NCBI RefSeq assembly: GCF_011386835.1
Contig: NC_088800.1
Location: forward strand, 80,104,001-80,168,000
DNA length: 64,000 nt
Direction: 5' to 3'
DNA from: Chrysemys picta bellii
Lineage: Eukaryota
The notes beneath the pieces were generated by a model. The model did no database searches. It was not told the DNA's origin and saw only the letters and a list, made by a program, of their open reading frames with translations. Position numbers and translations under genes: made by a program. How positions within the stretch are numbered: the stretch's first letter is position 1; each line of letters starts with the position of its first letter. Of the stretch, positions 24,366 to 35,727 are shown piece by piece.

Positions 24366-26642
24366 CTCCTTCCACCTCCTCCTCCTCGCAATGTCGCCCC
24401 CCCTTCCTGTGAGGAGGTATGAAGTGAGTGGCCAGGGACAGACAGCTGCACCTCGCTGGGTTAGCTTAGGCTGCTCTCCCTCCTGCCCCATGGCCTAGCC
24501 AGGAGTCACCCTCGATAATGTGTTCCTAACAGAAACCATTGGAAGCAGTTTCCTTGGCGGTCAGGAGGTTGCCGCGGGAGCCAGGGCCTATCGGGCTGCA
24601 AGCTCCCTGGGTCATGCCTAGCACCCTCTGAAGGCCGTTTGCCAGGCTCAGCCTGGTTCCCAGAGGACCTGGGGCCACATCAAACAAAAGCTGGTGGCAC
24701 TGAGTGGCATCCGGGCTGGCATTCTAAATGGAAGCCTCTCTCCGCCATTGGTGTGTGCCCGGCAGGTCAGGCCTGGGTCATGTGGGCAGGGCAGTGTGAG
24801 TAGCTTAGTCTGTTGCTGTCTGTACTGTGCCTGCTCTGGGGATATGCGGTGCCCCAGGACCTTGAGTCTGGCACCTTGTACCCTCCAGTCTCCTGAGGGG
24901 GGCAGAACCAGTGTTTCCATGGGAAGGCCCCTCCACCCTGCTCTGCAAACATCAGAGTTGCACTTTCCACCAGCACCATATCGACACAGGGGTTGAAAAC
25001 AGGTTTCTTGTACCCTGGAAAGTCACCGGTTCTGCTAAACGGCTCTGGGATACCAGCCCCTCAGACGCTGGGCCCAGCCGGCGCTTGGACAGAAAAGCTC
25101 AGGGTGCATCTGGAAGTGGCGCTGGCGAGTCCCTCAGAGCCGCCTCCGCCTCGGAGTCATGCCTAGTGTTAGTGCTGGGGGAGGGCTGGACAGAGAATCC
25201 TCTGGTCATTTCTTCCCCCCATCCCTCCACGGAAAAATGGCCCCCAGTGGGGAGGAGCTTCACAGACGCAAGAGGCCAATGGCAGGCAGACGTAAGGAGT
25301 GAATCATCCCAGGTGCTGACCTTAGTCCTGGCTTTGCACTTTGCAGGCCACTCTCTAAAGTGCTCTCTGACCCTCCAGGATGAAGGGCTGTACTGGCAGC
25401 CAGTGCTTTGTATTCGGGGCCCTGTCTGGGGCCCCCGGCTCTGGCTATCCACAGTGAGCATCCCTGCCCTGCACTCAGCCTGCCTCTCAAACGCAGGAAC
25501 GTGGCCTTCTCCGGCAGCCGTCTCTCTGTTTGTTTCTAGGTCTCTTTTCACTTGCACCCTCCCTGCACCTGGTCCCCTTTGCCTAACACCAGGTGTTTAT
25601 CACACCCCGGCAAGTCACTGGGGAGGTTTCCTGGATCATACAGAAAACACACACACGCTAGCTGGGCAGAAGGCTGGGGGCCCCTGCTAGGACAAACTCC
25701 GTCTCCACCTCCCGATCTCAGCAGGGAACCAGTTACTCAAATAAGTCCAGGCTCGGACGGGGTGTTTAAGTCTCTGCTTTTGCCCTGCTCCATCCCCCTC
25801 CAAAAAAGAACTTCCTAGGGCCAGGAGCCACTCGCACTGATATGTTGTTTGAGAAGCAAAGGGGGTGCCCTGTTCTGTGCATGGTTAATCCCCTCTTGGG
25901 CACAGTTTATAACTGGCTATCGGCAGGCCCCAGGGAGCACTGTGGGAGCAGTGTTACTCATGGGGACAGCTGGGCATGAGCTTGGGGATTTGGATCCATA
26001 GTGGAACTATCCCAGCATTTGGGGTGTTCAGACCCTAGGGTTCGGTTCAGATCGAACTCTACCTTTGGGGTCTTATTGTCACTACTTCTTTTGCCTTGTT
26101 CAGCTCAGGCTAGTTCTCATTCCACCGGTGGTTGTTATTTGGGGACTTTGGGAATGAGCCAAATTTCCTCTTGCCGTTCAGAAGGATCGAACGAGAGCTC
26201 CAGCTGTTCAAGGGGTCAGCAGAAGCCACAAGTGGGGCCAGATTTGCACCAGGGCTCAGCTCCCACCTGGGCACCTAAGTAAGGGACAGATTTTCAAAAG
26301 CTCCACCTGAGGAGCAGGTGCTGAGCCCTTTGGAGAACCAGGCCTATAATGTCTAGCCCAGGAGCCCGGTGCCCTCCATTGGCAACTAGTGTCTGCAGGG
26401 CTTTGGTTCTTCAGTGCGAAGGCCAGTGGTGGGAACATTGGGTTAGCTAGGAGAACAGACCAGCTATACCTAGGTTTTGTGAGTTACATGCCACACGGAC
26501 CTGGCTATCATTCCACTGTAATATTATTGCAACTTGATGGGTATTTTCCCTCCCCCGTGCCTTGCTTTCCTCCCCTCCGCTCCTCCCCATTCGTCGTCTC
26601 CTTTCCATTCTTTCCTCTTCTTGAAATAAGACTCCCTGTTGT

Positions 26643-27031
26643 CAGTGGCGGATTAATGATTTTGCCGCCCCTAGGCCTGAAATAATTGCCGCCCCTCCCG
26701 CCCCTGGCTCTGCCCTGACTCCACCCTTTTCCCGCCCCCATTCCAACCCCTTCCCCAAAGTCCCCGCCCCAACTCCGCCCCTCCCTGCCCCTATTGGATC
26801 CCTTCCCCAAATCCCCGCCCCGGCCCCGCCTATTCCCCCAGCACACCGTGTTCCCCCTGTTTCATGGCGCAAGTGCTGGGAGGGAGGGAAGAGAAACAGG
26901 ACGCGGCGGTGCGCTCGCGGAGGAGGCGGAGGCGAGCTGGAGTGGGGGGGGGCGGGGAGGGGAGCTTCTCCATGGATGCTCAAATTTGCCGCCCCTGCAA
27001 ATTTGTCGGCCTAGGCGATAATACGCCACTG
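26643..27031. mobile_element. GC-rich hAT non-autonomous element, 389 bp
   Basis: TIRs CAGTGGCGGATTA / TAATACGCCACTG; perfect TSD CCTGTTGT at 26635-26642 and 27032-27039; subterminal gccgcccct repeats. Confidence 0.92.
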
Positions 27032-30000
27032 CCTGTTGTCAAAGTGTAATTCCAATCCTGGCCCTTTAAAATTGTTCCCTGTTTTGCAAGAGGTTTCCTG
27101 CCTTGTCAGGTCAATTCCATTGACTAGCAATGAGTCCCCAGTAAAGGGACACTCCTCTATCTGCAGGACAAGAGGAATTTTATAGGGCCAGGTCTGTAGA
27201 GTTCAAAAAGCACCCGAAAACATGGCATGGTGGAGGTTCCATGTTTAGTCTCTCTGGACCTGATCCAAAACCCATTGACGGCAAAGGACAGACTCCCACT
27301 GACTTCACTGAGTTTCAAATCAGGCCCACTATAAATTCCTCAGCAAATCTGCGCGGTTCACAGGTCAGGAGATGATTTTCTAAACACTCTGGCTGCAAAC
27401 TCCACCTGGGATCTGAGACAGCAAAGGCTATTCAGAGCTTCACTTCCAATTTTGCTGAAGATGCACAAGCCAGAGATAGATTGGTGCCTCACTGGAGTGG
27501 TACTGCAGGACTAACAGGAGTAAAAAAAAGTGGTTTGCGTCAGTGAAAAGAGCTGACGTGACTTGGGAAGACGCGGGAGCAGATATGTGGTGAGGCAGAA
27601 ATTGCCATTTCTTAAACTGTTACTTTTCTGGTCACAGTGACATTTTCATTAACATACCCACTGGAGCTAGCAGCGGGCTGGACACAGATCTCATTTCTGG
27701 GAAATTCCCAAGCCACACGTCAGTGATCTGAGACACCCCTGTGATCTGAGATCACAGACATGCCCGTTCTCCTATCATCCCCTCAAGGTGGTAAAAAACA
27801 TTGTAGCCAGCTTTGGGTGACGCAAACGTTAAAAATTGGGGACCAGAGATAATTGTGGGAGACGCATGCTTGTATTAACTGAATTCCCACATCCAAAGAG
27901 CATGGGGCGGGCAGAACACGGTAGCCCAAAGCAGATCCGAAGGCAGCCGCTGCACTGGTTGTGGGGACAGAGCCAAAAACGCAACCCCAAGAGATGATCG
28001 TACTCCTTTCTAGGTTGCAAGAGGGACATTTTCAAAAGTACCTAGAAGCCCAAGTCCCACTGAAAGTCCATAGGGCTTCTGTTCCTAAATCCCTTAGCCA
28101 CTTTTGAAAATTTCCCCCAGACTCTCATGAATGAATGCATCATTATTAATAGTTAGTGACCCATGGTCACTAGGACAGACAGACAGTAAAATGTAGTGGC
28201 AAGCATGAAAACTATTGTCATGGCAGGAACACCAAGGCGCAGCGTCTACTCTCAGAGACACTGGTGTTACCCAGCTGAAGCCAGTGGACTGACTCTATTT
28301 TACATTGGGGTAACAGAGCAGCCTCAGGCTTTCTGGGCCTGGTTCTGATGTCCGTTATTCCATTTGACTGCTGGGCAGCTCTGTCGATTTCAATGGAATT
28401 GTGCCTGATTTACACCAGTCAGAGCAGAATGAGACTCTCGGGTTAGATGAGAAGGTTTGCAGCTATGCTGGCTTCTCATTTACACAGAGTTTACACCAGA
28501 ATGAGGCCATTGATCTCAGTGACGACTACACCAGTGTAACTAAGAAGCGAAGGCAGTCTTTTAATGCCTGCGAGTAACTGCCTATTCTGTTAACTGCTCC
28601 GGTAGCTGGCCAGAAAGGCAGAGGCCTCAGTAACCCTACAGGAGTTCTGCAGATTTCCTCACCAACCTCTCCTCCAGGAATGTTTAGATACCTGCCATGG
28701 GGCCTCAGAGACGGACAGACAGAGGCATTCCTAAGGGAGAGCAAATGGATTTGTGTGGCGGACGTCCTGTGGACGCGTGTGTGTGTGGTACGGTATGTCT
28801 GTGGGTTGGATGTTATTGCGTGTGCGATGCTCCATATATGTCTCTGTGTGTTTCCATGTGCCAGTGTATGTGGGGATGGATGTGTTAACACAACACGTGA
28901 GTGTGAGTTTGTGGGTGTGAAACAGAGGGGAACATTGAGAACACTGCTCTCTGGATCTGGCTGGGCCTCTCCGGGGGAACAAGTAAAAACAAGAGAACTT
29001 ATAGAAATTCAAGGAGACAATTACAGCGGACGGCATTAGGGCTTGTCACTAGTGCTTAGTACCAGTGGGCACAAAGAGGTACCAAGCAGCCAGGGGCGAT
29101 GGCTGTGCTGGGAGATACAAGGGGGGGCTGGGACTGACTGGACTGTCAACGGCAGTAACCAGTGGGGAAGTGGACAAAGCAATGACAGGAGGATGGGGCT
29201 ACAGGAAGGAGGTGCTGAGACGCCCAGCAGAGCATGGGCAAAGGGCCGTCTACCCTTCCAGCCCCAACAGCGAATTGAGCCAGGGATATTAACCCTTGCA
29301 CATGCAGGGGGCAGCCTAGAAATGGGGCGAAGGGGAAATGAGGTTACCTCTTGGCCATTTTCAGCTGCGGCCTACATTTGTCTTGCCCAGCCTAGCATCG
29401 CTAGAGCCCTTTAGTGCAGCTGGTTCAAGGGATAGGCTATGGAGCCCTTCACCTCGCTCACTGATGCTACCGTGCGATGGCTACCAAGAGATGCGACCGT
29501 CTGACGGCTGCCCTGTGGCCTCTGCAAAATGCACTGGTGGCTCCAGTCCAGTTCCCAAGCGTCTACACCACAAAACCAGCCCGAGGATGTAGTGTTAATT
29601 GGCACCCACCTTGGCAAGGAAAGGAGTGCACGGGCAGTAGGCCTGTGCCTCCTGTCTGGCTCTAGCTGAGTGCAGAATCTGGCCTGAAGATTTTGCTTCC
29701 CTCTCCCTTCTCTAGAGGCAAAAGTCAAGGGCACGGCCGGTGGAGGGGGAGAGGACAGTGTGGATGGGACGTTTGCCCTATCGCCTCTTGTGCTGCGCTC
29801 ATTCTGTGCAGGAAGGACTGCGCCCACCGGAGCTGTCAGGCTGACATCTTGCACCAGCCCTTAGTACAGTCCAAGGCGACTAGCTGTCATGTTAGGGGTG
29901 CGGAACAGGGATGCTTGAGGCCGGCTCAGGCGTTTGCGATGCTAACACTAGTGTACGCTACATGTAAGCTCTACCTGCCCCGTGACTCTTTAATACCTGT

Positions 30001-30299
30001 ACTGTTTAGGAATTAACATGCAGTGCCCTTGGATGGCGGGTCATACGCTGGGGGTCTCAGAAGGGAGAGAGACCTGACCTGGGGTGAGTTAAGCGAGGGA
30101 TAAATTCCCCTCTCTCTGTGAAGTCGTGCCAGTGGCTCTTGCTCATCCAGATTCCATGGGCCTGCGCCTCGCTCACCCCAGTGTCAAGCAGAAGCCGCTC
30201 CGGGAAACTCAGCTGAATTGCATGGGGATGAAACTGGAGTAAGTGGGGCTGGTCTGGACCTGGGTCCCCTGCTTTTGTAGGCTCCGTTCAGCTCAGCAG

Positions 30300-30860
30300 T
30301 GTGAGCGTAATGCTCTTTCGTTTCGTTTTATTTGGGCTTCTGAGCTGAACCAGGAGCTTTACGCTGCTTTCCCAGCGGCCACGTTCTGCGAGGTATCTGG
30401 CGCGCTGGAAAGACGATGAGTTGTTGCCTTTCTGTTGCAGAATAACGTTCGTTAGTCTCAGTGACTGTACTGCTCGACTAGGTGTCCTGTTGCAGAGCGG
30501 ATGATTGTGCGATCGCTCAGCACGGTGCGGAGGAGTGAAGTTGATCTCTGGAGCTAAATCTTGACCCTGAGCGCCAGGTCTCCAGAGGGTGCTGGGCAGG
30601 GGAACTTTAATCTCATTAAACCTGCAGTGGACGAGGAGCCGACTCCATGTTCTGCGGATGCCCCGAGCCACCCCGCTTCGTCGCTGACTCCTGCATCACG
30701 CTGCGCAGAGGGCTCGAAATAAACTCCGGATGTCAGGATGATAAAGCCGCGGCGGGTTCTCCGGAGGCAGGCTCGGCAGCCAGAGCGGCTCCCGTAATTA
30801 ATGGCGTTGCTGAGCACTTCCCAGCCAGGCTATGAATAAAACATTCCATCCGCGGGACCC
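30300..30860. promoter_or_regulatory. TE-free CpG-island-like element, candidate enhancer or promoter
   Basis: About 40 CpG in 560 bp by hand count; no TIR, TSD or repeat similarity seen; TAATTAAT at 30795-30802. Confidence 0.5.
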
Positions 30861-31908
30861 AAAGTTTGAAAAATCTCTTCTTTCTGTTAATTATATTTGA
30901 AGGCACAATGGGCATTTATTATTTTCTCTTCCCACTTAATCAGGGGAGTGAAATCTGGTCTTGGGTCCTACCCACATCCTTACTGATGGGAGCCATAGCA
31001 TTTGCTCATAGGACCATGTCTTAGCAAGCCAGAGCCACGGCATGCTGTGGAGAGTTTCAAGCAATGCTCTCTTGCTCCACTCTCTCGCCTCCCTCCGAGA
31101 AAGCACCGGCCTCCTCGACATTTTCACAGGCAGGCAAGGGTGCGTGGAGGGGTTTTGCTACGGTCAACGGATCCTGGTGAAACTCAGATTTCAAGATGCT
31201 TCCTTGGAAACAAACCCACCCAGGGCCTGTGTCTCAGATCCTGTTCCGGATACATCGCCCCGGAATAGTCTCCCTTCACTCCCCACCCAAAATGCATCGG
31301 ACACACAATAGAACTGGATCCAAGAACAGACTTTGGCCCACAGGCTGGTTATTTCCTACCTTCTTCAGGCATCTCCCTCCCAGATTAACATCCCGAAGTC
31401 CCAATCTGTATAAATGCGGAGGAGCCTGCTACTGACTGCATGTGGGTGGGTACCGCAAAACCCAAGAACCGCATGCACAAGTTGTCCTAATTTTTGGCGT
31501 GTCATGGTGCAGCTTTGATGCCCTCTTTCCATCCTGGCCTCGTCCCAGTCTAACTCCTCTCTTCACACGTGCTTTCAAGAACAAGGGTGATCTGGCCACC
31601 GACACGGGCACGCAAACCTATTTGTGTGCAGCCCTACCGAGGAAAGCCAAACGATTCCTAACACTAGTGCGGGACTGATGAGGACAGTAGAGGCAGATTG
31701 GTTCTCCTGAGGCTTCCCAAGGCTGCCACTTTTATAATAAGGGGGAAAGTGAAAGACAAGATGAAGAAGCTGGAGCATCCCCTCATCTTCTTTCCATTTT
31801 ATGTGTGGATTATTTCCTTCCCACATGTTAGCCCGTAAGCCTTAGAGGCTACATTTGAAGACCACCCAGAAACTATAGCTAGTACAGAATGCAGCTGTTT
31901 GTTCTGGC

Positions 31909-32157
31909 CAGGTCCGGCTCCAGGCACCAGCTGAGCAAGCAGGTGCTTGGGGCGGCCAATGGGAAGGGGCGGCACGTTGGGCTCTTCAGCGGCAATTCGG
32001 CAGCGGGTCCCTCGGTCCTTCTTGGAGGGAAGGACCTGCCGCCAAATTGCCGCCGAAGAAGAAAGCAGCGCGGCACGGTGGAGCTGCAGCTGATCACGAT
32101 CGTGGCATTTCCCCCCCCCCGCCGCTTGGGGTGGCAAAAACCCTGGAGCCGGCCCTG
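31909..32157. mobile_element. hAT MITE (CAGGGCCGGCTCCAG family), 249 bp
   Basis: Ends CAGGTCCGGCTCCAG / CTGGAGCCGGCCCTG; perfect TSD GTTCTGGC at 31901-31908 and 32158-32165. Confidence 0.93.
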
Positions 32158-33351
32158 GTTCTGGCAGAGAGCAGATTACAACAGTGCTCCTTAATTTGCA
32201 CTGCCTTCCACTTCACTTCTCAGTGCCATTGCAGGTGATGGCTTTAACCAATAACGCCCTAATCTGTTTTGGCCTTGGGGGTCTCAGAGCCCTTTTCTCT
32301 CTGTGGAAAAATTTGACGGTCCCCTGGGTCAGTGGGGACGGAGCTAGAGGCAGGACATTTTCCACAAAAAGTCCTCAATTCTGCAAATCGGTTCCATTGT
32401 AGTGAGTTCTCGAGACCTGGGTGAAGTCTTCAGCTTCAATTCTTCATAGCCAGCAGTGATGGCAGGTAAGGGGAGAAGGTGAAATCATCTCATTGACTCA
32501 TATATAATGCTGCAGAAGAAACGGCTGCTTTGAAGCCCCATTTTGTTTCTTCCTTCTGAGAACCTGACAAATTGGTCGTATCAAATGACTCTGAGGACCC
32601 CTCTTTACAACCACTTTTCCCGTAATATTCATGACTCCTTGATTGCCCCTGGAATTTTTTCCTCCCTCCACCTAGCTTGGCACGGTCACCATTAAAAAAA
32701 TCAATTGTTTCCTGTCCAACGTCTACTTATATGGGGGAAATGAGATGCCACTGTGTGATGCTCATTGGCAAACGGTGACCACAGGCCATGGCATTTCTTT
32801 GGTCCCAGCTCTGCTTCATCAATAGGCTTTCTTCCACTCTCTCCAAGAGTGAGTTCTGACAGCGCTGAAAGGATGGCCAGGCCCTGTGCTGGACAAGGAC
32901 AATCATGACCCGGCAACAGAATAATCAGCCACCGGTAAATCCAGTGCCTTGCCCGCAGCTCCCTAGTTTGATTCACCAGACTGGATCTCTCTTGTAGCAG
33001 GACACATGTCAGGTGGGGTCCATGAATCCTCTGCAATTGTTTATCACATCCACTCTCATTACACGTGCCAAGACATGGAACGTGAGCAGGAGGGCGCATG
33101 GATTTTTTCCCTGTTAAATAAATAAAGATCTAGTAAACCCAACACCTGTTACCTAAAGAACCAGATAGTTCACTCTCAATAATTAATGCTCCCATTGGCT
33201 TTAAAAGTAATTTCTCCTGAGATCAGCCCCCACCTGCCTGCACCAGCACCACTGAAATTTGCATCTCATGATACCCAATATGGTCTCTCACCCACACATG
33301 CCCTTAGTTCTTTGATCTCCTGGCAGTGTCAACCAGAGCTGGACATGGTCT

Positions 33352-33476
33352 TAGGGTGACCAGATGTCCCGATTTTTATAGGGACAGTCCCAATTTTTGG
33401 GTCTTTTTCTTATATAGGCTCCTATTACCCCCCCACCCCCGTCCCAATTTTTCACATTTGCTGTTTGGTCACCCTA
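33352..33476 (+). mobile_element. hAT Blackjack-like MITE, 125 bp
   Basis: TAGGGTGACCAGA...TTTGGTCACCCTA; TSD CATGGTCT / CATGGTCC (7/8). Confidence 0.93.
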
Positions 33477-34469
33477 CATGGTCCTGATATTGTGGTTCAT
33501 TAGTAGCTATAGTGTTCCAAGGATGGTTGGCTTGGTCTTCAGGAGATGGGACAGCACTGGTCAGATAGGCTGGTCCTCACACCTGCTGTCCTGATGCTCC
33601 ATTGCTTCGTAAAGCCAAGGAGGGTAATTTTTGGCAGATGCAAAGTCCCTTTGGCCAAGGAGCAATGGTGGATAATAACAACAGGAGCTGGGCTCAGATG
33701 TTCACTGATTATTGGCTCCTGGGTTCCTTTGTCTCATTTGCTAAAGTAACGACCATGGTTCACTGCAGTACAATGTATGTTTCAGACCCCATTAGCCTAG
33801 ATGTGGAGGTAGAAGAAAAGAATGTAGGTCAGGAGCATCTATACCAAAAGGCAGGTCACGAGCCACCAATGGGTCGTGGGAAGGTTCTAGATAGTTTCCA
33901 GGCTGGTGCAGAGAAGAAGACAGGCAGGGGAAGAGGGCTAGAGAGCAAGCCTGCCCCATACGCACCCCACAGTGGCAAATCCTGTCCCAAGAGGCTGGGC
34001 CTGGCTTCCCACTCCAGGTGTTACAACCTGGCACACAGGTCACACCACCACTCAGGTTTGGCCTAGTCACCCTCCATCACTGAGGTTGGGCCAAACCAGA
34101 GTGGTGCAGCAGCTCCAGGCACCAGGCCACTTGCCTGGAGCGGGAAGCCAGGCTCAGCTCCGTAAGCTAGGAGCCGCTGCTGGGTGAGTGCAGGTTGGGC
34201 TCACTCTCCAGCAGCCCACCCCAGGGCCTCCCCTCTGCACCAGGCTGGGATTAGGGTTGTGGTGCCTGGGCAGAGGGTACTGCTGTGGGTGGTCACTGCC
34301 CCCTCGGCAGGGCAAGAAGGAGGAGGCAGCAGTGGAGGGGTAGGATGCTGGCTTCTGATTTTGGGGCTCCCCACATGAATCTGTATCCTGGGTGAGTCCC
34401 AAACAATGACACAACACAGTTGATGGGTTGTCTTAGTAAAACAGTTGAGAACCATTGCCATAGACAGCA

Positions 34470-34743
34470 GCTGTTGCAAGGTCACATGAGCCAGCGGCTA
34501 GGACGCTGGACTCCCGCGCCCTACGTTCAATTTCTGGCCTTACCACTGACCTGCTGCGTGACCTTGGGCAGGTTTCTTTACCTCTCTGTGTCTTTTGGTT
34601 TCTTCTTTCTGTTTGCTCTAGTTAGCATGTAAACCCTTTGGTAACATGTGTATTTCACTACATGTTTGTACAGCACCTTGCACAATGGGGCTGCAATCTC
34701 GAGTGGGGCTACAGGGGCTTCTGTGCTTCAAATAAAAAATAAT
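34470..34743 (+). mobile_element. MIR-like SINE
   Basis: B-box-like cgttcaatttc, CORE ctgctgcgtgaccttgggcagg, tail tttgtacagcaccttgcacaatgggg...aataaaaaataat. Confidence 0.8.
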
Positions 34744-35068
34744 CTTGAGCAGTCAAGGACAGGGATGAAGAAGGGTCAAAAGGCCGGGTTCTGAGAAGAG
34801 GAGGCTTAGAGGTTAGGATTTAATTGTTGTATTAAAGAAAGTCATAGGCCAGGGAGGAAAGGTGGGTCTTGAAAAGAGAGCCAGGAATTCCCGCATGGCC
34901 TGGAGAAGCTGTTGTAGACGGCTGAGGCAGCCTGAGGGACGGGTCTGCTGCTCTTTGTGGAGATGGGTGTGCATTGTGAGGGACAGAAGAAGCTTTGCTG
35001 TCCAGAGAGGAGGCACCGTTGACTTGGAAGGGCTGTGGTCAGGGTAGAATACATGGAAGCCCTTGAAA

Positions 35069-35345
35069 AAATTATAACGGGCTTCAAAAAAGAACTAGCT
35101 ACGTCCATGGAGGATAGGTCCATCAATGGCTATTAGCCAAGATGGTGAGAGATGCAACCCCATGCTCTGGGCGTTCCTAGTCTCTGATTGCCAGAAGCTG
35201 GGAGGGAGGACAGGGGATGGATCACTCAATGATTGCCTGTTCCATTCATTCCCTCTGAAGCACTTGGCATTGGCCAGTCGGAAGACAGGATACTGGGCTA
35301 GCTGGACCATTGGTTTGTGCCAGTGTGGCCGTTCTTATATTCTTA
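35069..35345 (+). mobile_element. CR1 (PsCR1-like) 3' end
   Basis: ttcaaaaaagaactagctacgtccatggaggataggtccatcaatggctattag ... gatactgggctagctggaccattgg...gttcttatattctta; near-collinear with 48760-49016. Confidence 0.9.
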
Positions 35346-35727
35346 ACAAATGATCTGAGAACAGCATGTAAACCTTCATGTCCTTGGGAGCTGGAAGGCG
35401 CCTGTGGTGGTTCTGGTCCAAAGCCCTTTGACGTCAATGGAAAGGCTCCCATTGACTGCAATAAGCACTGGATTAGACCCAATGGCTCTGCACCAGCCCA
35501 GTGCATTCTTCAGCAATGCTGAGCTTTTGGATTCAAAAGGCCTGTAAGAACGAGGTCATGCGTTAACCCTTGCACCGCCGCTGCTGGGTGTTAGCATACC
35601 AAGGCCCGGATGTATCTAAAATGATTAGCAATGGCATTCCTTCTACTTCAGAGCAGTTGGGTGCTTGAGTCGGCTGGATCAGCAGCAGACAAAGCTCCTT
35701 GGTGCCAAACTCAGGCTACGTCTAGGA

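Noticed and set aside
24911-25690. 259-aa ORF
   Set aside because: No recognisable domain, low-information composition, and overlapping ORFs of similar quality on the other strand; consistent with chance in GC-rich DNA. A BLASTp hit or codon-level conservation would reverse this.
26643-27031. CpG-island promoter with GC boxes
   Set aside because: Exactly bounded by TIRs and a perfect 8-bp TSD, so the GC richness is transposon-internal. The same applies to 63210-63626, 31909-32157 and 56193-56401.
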